Source: Octopus vulgaris (taxonomy: Eukaryota). Taken from it: 64,000 nt of DNA. The DNA is taken from contig OX597822.1 of assembly GCA_951406725.2 (NCBI GenBank), forward strand, positions 107,384,001-107,448,000. The letters run 5' to 3'. Below the pieces are notes generated by a model. That model was not told the origin of the DNA. It worked only from the letters and a program-made list of their open reading frames with translations, and searched no databases. Each line of letters begins with the position of its first letter. The stretch's first letter is position 1. Positions 53,981-64,000 of this stretch are shown here, one piece after another. A program made the translations under genes and the position numbers.

Positions 53981-55688
53981 TATATAATTATATGTATGTA
54001 CGTATATATGTATATAGGTACTTTTGTATGTAGGTATAGTGCATGTATGTATATGTATATATTCATATATGAAAGTATCACTGTAAAGTGCGACAGCTAA
54101 CCTAAAATTAAGCTCAGTAGAAGTTTCCACAATCAACTCCAGTCAAGTAAGGCACGGGGTATCGACTTTGCTATATGTTAGAGTGCTGAATACGAACTAA
54201 ATAATAAAAATAATATGCAGAAAACAGGTATGGTATCTAATGTTTTATTGGACACACACGTGTATCAACAAATTTCCAAAATTATTACTTAATAGTTGTT
54301 GAAACATTATGCAATCATGTACAACACCTCATCAGTGTTCTCCTATAAAGCATTGAATATCGTACCTATTTTCTGCTTATTATTATTATTCCTCTCCCAA
54401 TCATTCTGTCTCTATCTATCTATCTATTTCCCTCCTCTCTTCTTCTCTCTTCCTACATACTCTCTCTCTCTCTACATATATACACACATATATACATATA
54501 CTTACACACACACTCACACACACACACACACACACACATGTTAGTACAATTAAAAAATTCCTGGAGTAGGAATTTAGTAAGCTTCAAGTATGTACACAAC
54601 TGTTATAGATTTCAAAATGTGGACAGCGTACGATAAAGAGTTCATTAGCCATTGTATGTTATACATTTCGTCCGATATAGAAATCAATAGAAGTATGGAT
54701 AAGCTGATCGTCACCAACCAACTCACGGTTTAGCAACTGTAATTGCTAAAGACGAGAATATAATTCCAAGGTAGTAAGAAATGAGAAAGGTAAATAAATA
54801 CTCTACATAATTCATAGCTAAAACAATGTTTGCTACATAACTTGTTACACACCTAAAACTTCGTTCATCTTCTGGTCCTATTACCTTGAATGTAATAAGA
54901 CCTTCACTGTCGCGTGGAGATGAGAAAATGCTTCATGAATAATAGCCACGGCACAAATCGTAATCTGAAAAACAAAAAAGAAGAAACATCAAAATCAAAT
55001 GACCAATGAAATTAATTGTTAGTATGTAAATCGTCCAAGAAAGGTAGGTTTTAAACATTATTTTTTTTTACTTTGCTGGATCACTATAGACATTCTATGT
55101 ATATATATATGTGTCCTCTACCGAAAAGGTAACCGCTTCCCACGCTTGCTGATCAATTGTTTTGTCTCATGTTGTCTCAAAGTCGTAAGACGCCCCCGTA
55201 TCATTCCTGTTTTTATTCGTTACTGTTTCCAATTTTATCTTCGTCTCTTGTTTTCCTATTCGTCTCGGTTGTCACATTATTTCCTTCTGCCAAGCAAATC
55301 TAATGCCCATAGCTTAGCTTTTGGATCTTTTCTTTTTGAAAGCCAGATTTTCCTAGTTAACTAAACAATTTGAAACTTCGTATACTGGTAGAATGTGTCA
55401 AAAGAAAACATAATTGTAAACCAAAATGAAAACGGAATTATAATTTCTAAGTTTAACGTTGTTTAATAATTCGAATTTTAACCAATGATATTCTTTCTTT
55501 CGGCCTCATATTATTTACTGCCTCTCAAAATATTGTTACTGTGACGTAAACAGCTATTTTGTGACGTAGCTAACGTAAACATGTAAATAGCTAACTAAAA
55601 TGTAAACATCTCCGCTTATCATAAACTTCGTGAATATATAAAATTTGTGTAGATCCTAAATAGCTACACACACATGTATACAAACATA

Positions 55689-55732
<44 letters not shown>

Positions 55733-55736
<4 letters not shown>

Positions 55737-56535
55737 CGTATTTTTGCCATTTCAATATGGCTAACCCCTAAGGGTGGATGCTACTGTAGTTTTTAGCCCC
55801 AGGAGGACACACTCCTCCAGCTGGCCATAGACACACTTTCTGCCTGTCAGTATAAAGGGAAGTATCCTTCCCGTCTTCAACTATGATACACACGGACTCG
55901 AGTTTCGATATACCACTCGTCATGTGACAATCATATATATATTTTCCAGCGTCCACTGTCGCTGATATTGAAAAAGTGAAATAAACAATGATAAATATCA
56001 AAGTGAGTTATATACAGAGCAGTAACACATCGTGACGTATTTTTGCCATTTCAATATGGCTAACCCCTAAGGGTGGATGCTACTGTAGTTTTTAGCCCCA
56101 GGAGGACACACTCCTCCAGCTGGCCATAGACACACTTTCTGTGTCCTGTCAGTATTTGCAAAGGGAAGTCATCCTTCCCGTCTTCAACTTATGATACACA
56201 CGGACTCGAGTTTCGAGGTATTGACCTCTCGTCAGCGTGTGACAATCATAGTTGTCGGCGAGAATTAGATTTCCTTCACAAATACTTATACTTTTTCCAG
56301 CGTCCACTGTCGCTGATATTGAAAAAGTGAAATCAAACAATGATAAATATCAAAGTGAGTTATATACAGTAGCAGTAACACATCGTGACGTATTTTTGCC
56401 ATTTCAATATGGCTAACCCCTAAGGGTGGATGCTACTGTAGTTTTTAGCCCCAGGAGGACACACTCCTCCAGCTGGCCATAGACACACTTTCTGTGTCCT
56501 GTCAGTATTTGCAAAGGGAAGTCATCCTTCCCGTC

Positions 56536-56539
<4 letters not shown>
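55733..56539 (-). mobile_element. Retrozyme-like tandem array (299-bp decayed unit, 353-bp unit, ~155-bp partial unit) in (TA)n
   Basis: Units start GTGACGTATTTT at 55733, 56032 and 56385. Each full unit has a hammerhead at the same offset. Confidence 0.8.
56197..56241 (-). ncRNA. Type I hammerhead ribozyme (perfect consensus)
   Basis: CACACG-CTGACGA-GAGGT CAAT ACCTC-GAAA-CTCGAG-TC-CGTGTG. GUC triplet; predicted cut between 56203 and 56202. Confidence 0.9.
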
Positions 56540-56574
<35 letters not shown>

Positions 56575-57845
56575 CTATACACACATATTCTAATGCATAT
56601 GCATATATGTGTATATATTTATAATGTGTGTGTATTATAGATGCATACATTATATATATATAAAAGATGTTTACATACAATATATATATGTTATATACAT
56701 CTACATGTATATATATGTATGAATATATAAGAACCACAGAATTTGAATCAAACTGTTTTGAACCATTCATACACACACACACACACCAACACTACCATCC
56801 ATGAGACATCCTAACATAATCAATGCTACTACTTCTACTATCATCATCATTATCATCATCATCCACTACCACCACCACCACCACCACCTCTACAAAAACA
56901 CCAACACTATAATTGCTGCCATCATACACATCCACTGTCACCACTACCACCACTGCCATGATAACCACATCTACCACAGCTGTTTGCTTACTGCTTACCC
57001 ACTCACAAAATAGCTATCTACGTCACATTAACACTATGCAGCTAATAAGTTCAAATGAAAACAGACAATATGATTGGCTAAGGATAGAATAAGTACTGGG
57101 CTTACAAAAAGAATAAGTCCCGGGGTCGAGTTGCTCGATTAAAGGCGATGCGGTCAAGAGTAACATTAAAGGTAAAATATGTTTTATATGACACATTAGG
57201 GTTAGGGTTAGTGTCCGAAGGTTGAAAGTGTTTAGTTACAAAAAATATATTTCTCGATCTGCCGTTGAAAGGGTAAAGATCCCTTATATTATTTATTTAA
57301 ACCCTTTACAAACTAGAAGGGTTATGGGTCAAGAGGAAAATACATCAATCAAATGTTGGGAAGACCATCGGTTGAATAAAACAACATTGTTCCTCAACAG
57401 AACAATAAGGCTCTATAGTTAGAATTTCTTGAATTTTTTGTTACCCTTATATTGATTGATTAATGAATTTTTGACTAATTCTGAAATTTGTATCAGCAGC
57501 TTATATTTGCTGCGGAGTAGATGGCGGGATTACGGTGAATTCGAAAATTTACGATATATAGACCCGAGGCTTAGATGGTGTAGCCTCGTGTATATATATC
57601 TGCCTCCTATTTTGGTGACTTTGCTGACGAGACAAGCCAAGCGTAAACGGATTTAATTTAATTTAATTAAATTTGATTGCGTGAAGATGTTGAAACCTTG
57701 CAGGGTACAAAGTTTGAAGGGGATAAATGTTTTTTATTTTCCTCTAGTTTCAGAATTACTATTTTTTGCGGTTTTGAGTTTTAGCTGCTCTTTTCAAGTG
57801 AGTCGAACGACCTTCTCAGGGTCATTCCTTAATATTTTGTTGAAA

Positions 57846-57925
<80 letters not shown>

Positions 57926-58325
57926 GTGTATGTATATACTTACATATATATGTATATACATATGCATATATGGGTTCAGGACGTCACAGAAGGTAAACAA
58001 CAGGAAATACGAAATACGAAAATATGGAATACGAACTTTTTTGCGAACAGCGAAAGAAACAATAGTATCGATAAAGCCCGATATTGCGTTTGACTCCTCT
58101 TGCTGATAACTGATGAAGAATTTGTGACCTTGTGTGTTTTCTGTTCGCCTGTGCATTTAGTATGTGTTCGTTTGTTTATTTACAAGACGTTTATTTTTAA
58201 TTATATATATATAGATATGTCATATTTTCCGTTTGTTGTCTTTTTATTTAATCCTGAAGATATTATTTATGTAACGCACGCACTCATTAATCTTTTACCT
58301 ATATATATATGTGTGTGCGTGTGTA

Positions 58326-58368
<43 letters not shown>

Positions 58369-58527
58369 TTCAAATTTACAGAAAACAAACGACGAAGACA
58401 GGTGAAAGAACAACAAGCAGAGTTTGAAGGTTTTTTAGTTATAGAAATCGACCCCAGGACTTACTCTTTGAAACCCTAGCACTTATTCTATCGGTTTCTT
58501 TTTCCAAAACGCTAAGCTACGGGGACG

Positions 58528-58607
<80 letters not shown>

Positions 58608-59077
58608 CGTAGGAGTGACTGTGTGACAAGAAGTTTGCTGCCTGGTCACTAGGTCAAATAGATTTGGACGATGGAAACTGAAAAAAGCCCGTCGTATATA
58701 CGTGTTTGTGGGCCGGAAGGGGCTAGCTTCGTGCTTGTCCCAGACAACCGCTTGTTGACTTCCTTTCCATCCCCGCAACTTAGAAGTTCGACGAAATTAA
58801 CCGATAGAATATGTCGAATGACTGAGACAAGTAAATGTTTTTTTTAGATATATCGTAGTAATATCTAATGTAGTTGTGGTTTACGACCAGTCTGGACGTT
58901 ACCATTGGTTTCACACTTTTTATACTCTTAGCAATATAGACGTCTCCCACGGCTAAGAACGTAAAAGGCGCGAAAGCAAAGGTGACTCCCTGACCGGCCA
59001 TACCAGCCACATAGTTTCGGGTTCATTCACACTGCGTGGCACCTTAGAACCTAGGGTTGGATTCAAAATTCTACCAG

Positions 59078-59121
59078 GACACCTGATGAAGGCTGGAGAG
59101 TAAATCAGCCGAAATTTTGTG
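59078..59121 (+). ncRNA. Minimal hammerhead motif (Penelope-like family, helix III decayed)
   Basis: CAC-CTGATGA-A-GGCTG GAGAGTAAAT CAGCC-GAAA-TTTT-GTG. Confidence 0.6.
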
Positions 59122-59714
59122 GTAGCAACAAACAAGATGAGGACAAATATCCGTCCAATGTAAAAAATGTAAATATTGTAGAGAATTCCTCATCTCTAAA
59201 ATATAGAACAATTTATGATTGTTTCAAAAATTCTATGTTGACTTAATCTTGCATCGTGTTTTTAAACGACTCCACAATTAATGATGTAGTCATATCCGTT
59301 GTACAGATACCCCGTTCATAGAAATGATCCCTCGCAACTCTCTACAAAAAATAATATGCTGAAGTGTTTGTCTATCGCTTAAATATAGGACATTAATCAA
59401 TGTTTATAGTGGACGGCACAGCGGTCACGTTTATAAACATGATTGAAGATAAGTCAAAATGAATTTGTAGAAATAATTGTAAACTATGAAACAAAAATAA
59501 TAACGCAAACTCCACTTTTCAGTGCTTATTACTTCTGTAACCCCTCAGAGGAAACATGACTCCTCCTTCACTCCTCTCCACCCTTCATTTATGGTTTGAG
59601 AATAATTCTATAATTGTTGTAAACTGGAATGGAACCTACTCTCTTTCTGCTCACATCCATTCACCATTTAATGCTACTTGCTTTGCATCTTTTAGAGAGA
59701 TAGATTAGATATAA

Positions 59715-60112
59715 CTAGCAGTATCGCCCGGCGTTGCTCGGATTTGTAAGGGAAATAACTATATAAGCATTTTTAGAGAGTTATAGCCAAAAAATAGCAA
59801 AAAAAAATGCATTAAAAATGGAAAAAAATGATGGTAAATTTTTTTAAATCGTTGACTCATCGTAGACATTTTTAGAGAGTTACTTCCCTTATATAATATC
59901 GAAAAAATGCATTAAAATGGAAAAAAATGATGGTAATTTTTTTTTTTTAATCGTAGACTCATCGTAGACGCGCGCTAATACTCAGAAGGGCTCCATATGA
60001 ATCACGACTATAAGATACCCGGTTTGGGTTAAACTGCACCGCAAAATGTGGGAGTAGTTACGAATCTAAATCGTAGGAGACAGACACACAACCTCTCTTT
60101 TATATATAAAGA
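59715..60112 (-). mobile_element. Non-autonomous Helitron
   Basis: 5' TC at 60112-60111; 3' hairpin plus CTAG at 59718-59715; A/T target site. Confidence 0.8.
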
Positions 60113-61431
60113 TAAACTCAAAGAGCAACTAGAAAGTGAAAGTAGTTTCTAACTTAGGATGTCTCATAGATAGTGGTGGCAATGGTGTTGGAGGTGGTAG
60201 ATGTGGTTATCATGGCAGTGGTGGTGTAGTGGTGACAGTGGATGTGTATGATGGCAGAAATTATAGTGTTGGTGTTTTTGTAGAGGTGGTGGTGGTGGTG
60301 GCGGCAGTGGATGATGATGATAATGATGATAGTAGTAGTAGCATTGATTATGTTAGGATGTCTCATGGATGGTAGAGTTGAAGACATTGCAGAGTGTAGT
60401 GGTGGTGAAATTGGTGATTTTGAATATGATACTGGTATTGATCTTGGGGTTGTGGTTGCAGAAGATGGTTGTGGTGGTGGCATTCGAGGTTGTAGTAATG
60501 GTTGTAGTGGTGGTTGTGAAGATGATTCTGATATTGATAGTCTTTGCATTGAGGTGGTGGCAGAGTCAGAGTAAATAATAAAGCCGAGTTAACACAAGAT
60601 TCTTAAATTTCGGAGATCATAAGATAGAGAGCAAGAAGTTAAAAGTTCCAATACTGGCCCAATACCTACACCCCAGATTCTTCAACTATTTTATAAGAAA
60701 GGGGTTAATGGCAGCATAGGGATTCAGCTTTAAAATAAATTGTATAACAAAAAATACATAAATAAATTACTGCTCCAACGATGTAATTTTAGTATGTGTG
60801 TATGTATGTATGTGTGTGTGTGTAAGCAATGCAAACAATGGAAAATAATTTAAACACTCATTTTCTGATGTCTAAGGATGGATATTTATGCGTATGAATC
60901 TTTTTATTTTTATTTTCTTTGAAATATAATTCTAGGGAACTGAAAAAGCTGTGTACGATGCCAATGAGCGGATGTTTACGTTACAAACGAATCTGTAGGT
61001 CTTTTTACGTTAACTACGTCACAAAATAGCTGTTTACGTCACAGTAACAATATTTTGAGAGGCAGTAAATAATATGAGGTCGAAAGAAAGAATATCATTG
61101 GTTAAAATTCGAATTATTAAACAACGTTAAACTTAGAAATTACAATTCCGTTTTCATTTTGGTTTACAATTATGTTTTCTTTTGACACATTCTACCAGTA
61201 TACGAAGTTTCAAATTGTTTAGTTAACTAAGAAAATCTGGCCTTCAAACTGAAAAGATCCTAGCTTTTCCTTGGGGCTGGCCTTTTCGGAGCAAATCTCA
61301 GAATTAAACAGCCGAAATTTGCCATGATGAATCGGTTTCTGACTGAAGAATGAAGGCTCTGAATTACTGTCCGTTTTTCCGTGTTTGTCAATTCGTGAAT
61401 TTCACGTTCTTCATATATAAGTTTTATTCTA

Positions 61432-61477
<46 letters not shown>

Positions 61478-61517
61478 AATATAAATATAAATAGATATAT
61501 ATATATATATATATACA

Positions 61518-61564
<47 letters not shown>

Positions 61565-61650
61565 GTATGTATATATATGTATATATATATATATATATAT
61601 ACATACATTACATACATACATACATACATATATATATATATATGTATGTA

Positions 61651-61751
<101 letters not shown>

Positions 61752-62329
61752 ATATATATGTATGTATATATATATATATATATATATAATCTTACAGTAT
61801 GTTTGTAATTAAATACTATTAGGAATCGTATTATCTAATTGAAATATATTGTGTATTGTAGATGTATAATCAATTTTTTGCACATAAATTTTTAACAACA
61901 AAATCTTATATGCGTACCCTTTTTCCCCTTTTTGAGAATCACTGCGCTAAATGGAAATAAAGTCAGTTTGTATACAGATATCATTAAATAGGAGGAAGAT
62001 GCTAAGTAGAGGAGGCGAGGAGGACAAAGAAAATGAGAGTCTCAGTTGGGGCGATAAAATTCCTTTGTACTTCGACGTCGGAGAGATAATAGGTGTTAAA
62101 GAACCAATAGACTATTAAACTAAGCGGTAAGCTTCGACGCTAACATGAGTTAGTGGAACATTCTTAAAAAAGGAGTAATAAAAGTCACGTATAGGATAAG
62201 TATATAAACGTATATATGAACAAAGAGGAGAAAAATGAGTACTAAACCATAAAAGAAATAAGACAAAATTCAAAATAAAGGCATTGTAGCTCGTAGGCAC
62301 GCTGAATGTATGAAAATCCTTACATTCGC

Positions 62330-62412
<83 letters not shown>

Positions 62413-62553
62413 AAAGGTGATTACACTGGCGGTGCTCGAGTTCGTGCGTTGCCATTTATCAATCTAGTTTGATGAGTGCCAACGCACGAAACTCTAGGAA
62501 CTTGAGTTACTCTGTTACTTCTTCTAAATATTAATAGTAATATTAATATATAG

Positions 62554-62592
<39 letters not shown>

Positions 62593-62593
62593 C

Positions 62594-62899
62594 GGAGACG
62601 CAATGGCCCAGTGGTTAGGGCAGCGGACTCGCGGTCGTAGGATCACGGTTTCGATTCCCAGACCGGGCGTTGTGAGTGTTTATTGAGGGAAAACACCTAA
62701 AGCCCCACGATGCTCCGGCAGGAGGTGGTGGCGATGCCTCCTGTACTCTTTCGCCACAACTTTCTCTCACTCTTTCTTCTCTTGGCCTGCTCGCTTAGCC
62801 AGCGGGGTGGCGTCAGTTGAAGGCTAAAACAATGCGAAACGCATTGTGACCAGCTATGTATAGCAACATGTGATAGCCTGGTCGGTCACGGTAATCACG

Positions 62900-62903
<4 letters not shown>
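62594..62903 (+). mobile_element. SINE family C2
   Basis: C1-type head to ~62772, then a distinct tail ending GTCGGTCACGGTAATCACGGTGA. Confidence 0.85.
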
Positions 62904-62945
<42 letters not shown>

Positions 62946-62990
62946 TCAATAAATGGTGGGGTTGTGTTGACCGCACGTGGAGAAATGATA

Positions 62991-63222
62991 AGCAAGGAAA
63001 AATTGTAAAAATGCAGAATGCTCGATTGAAAGAAAATTTTAATGAAATGAGAAAATGAAAAATATATGAAACATTGTAAAAATGCAGAATGCTCGATTGA
63101 AAGAAAATTTTAATGAAATGAGAAAATGAAAAAATATATATTTATATATTTTTTCATTTTCTCATTTCATTAAAATTTTCTTTCAATCGAGCATTCTGCA
63201 TTTTTACAATTTTTCCTTGCTA
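62991..63222. repeat. ~70-bp unit present twice in direct and once in inverted orientation
   Basis: ATTGTAAAAATGCAGAATGCTCGATTGAAAG at 63002 and 63073; reverse complement at ~63180-63210. Confidence 0.9.
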
Positions 63223-64000
63223 TATATATATATATATATATATATATTAGTCTACAGAGAAAGAAGTCTATATGACCCGGTTTGGGGCCTTTATGCCATC
63301 GGAATGGATGGTGGTCGGTAACGTTACCTTAGAAGTGGGGCCTGAATACTATAAAGCTTCTGATACTGATGGATGGAACACTAAAAACTTACGATGCTGG
63401 TAAGCTATTGTTTCTTTTTAAATTCAAAACTAAGACCTAAATACTCTAGCATGTTTCATCTGGCTTCCGCTTCCACTTCTGTCATTTTATCCCTTTACCT
63501 GTGCAGAATAATGATTTTTAACATTGGCTCAAAACCAAACATTTTGGTGGGCGACGTGTTTTCGATCCAATCAACTTCAATACCCACTAATAGTGTAGTA
63601 TATATTTAAATTGATGAAAGGTAAAATCGATTACATTAAGTTTGAACTGAGCCGTATATAAATTCCGAACGATTTTTATCCAGCGATCTTTCGGTTCTGT
63701 TTACTCCACCGATGTCTCCCTGACTAAATATAACAAAGGAGAAGTAAGCATATGTTTAATATAGTTTTAAAAATTCCATTATTTTTCTTTATTTCTTGAG
63801 TTATTTCCTCCGAAATCTCATTAAATTTTCTTCCTTCAAGAAAGAAATATTTTTATTATTTTATTCATTTCATTTTACTAACATTGTATATAAATAGTTC
63901 TTTCTATTGAAAAAAATACTTTTATTCAAAAAAAATTCATTGTTTTATTGGTTAGTTTGAAATATCTATTCTTATTTTTCTCATGTCACGTAAAATGATT

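Larger units (their letters stand above)
55323..61260. mobile_element. 5.9-kb non-autonomous DNA transposon with ~255-bp TIRs and 8-bp TSD (MULE- or Merlin-like)
   Basis: TIRs 55323-55579 and 61004-61260 begin GGATCTTT and are nearly identical. TSD TAGCTTTT at 55315-55322 and 61261-61268. The flanks rejoin into one repeat. Confidence 0.85.

Noticed and set aside
57196-57211. TTAGGG repeats
   Set aside because: Fewer than three units; not a telomeric array.
58105-58150. CTGATGA core candidate
   Set aside because: No downstream GAAA or helix pairing.
60136-60578. Overlapping Thr/His/Pro- or Val/Gly-rich ORFs
   Set aside because: Degenerate trinucleotide-rich sequence inside the TIR element, partly duplicated at 56792-56977, with no domain evidence.

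Overview
AT-rich, microsatellite-dense animal genomic DNA, most likely cephalopod (Octopus-like, inferred from the tRNA-derived SINE families). No intact host protein-coding gene is supported. Almost every listed ORF is a microsatellite translation or a retroelement fragment. The window is a nested mosaic of: at least five SINE families; truncated LINEs (CR1-group, RTE, Tx1-like, and R4/Dong-like or other RLE types); two non-autonomous Helitrons; and a 5.9-kb long-TIR DNA element with an exact 8-bp TSD. The most striking unannotated layer is a dense set of type I hammerhead ribozyme motifs from roughly ten apparently unrelated repeat families. Most sit in or beside (TA)n tracts and many lie in fold-back palindromes. 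They include canonical cores, minimal dimer-type cores and apparent core variants. One forms a retrozyme-like tandem array (353-bp monomer) inside the TIR element. All folds and alignments were read by eye and need computational and biochemical confirmation.
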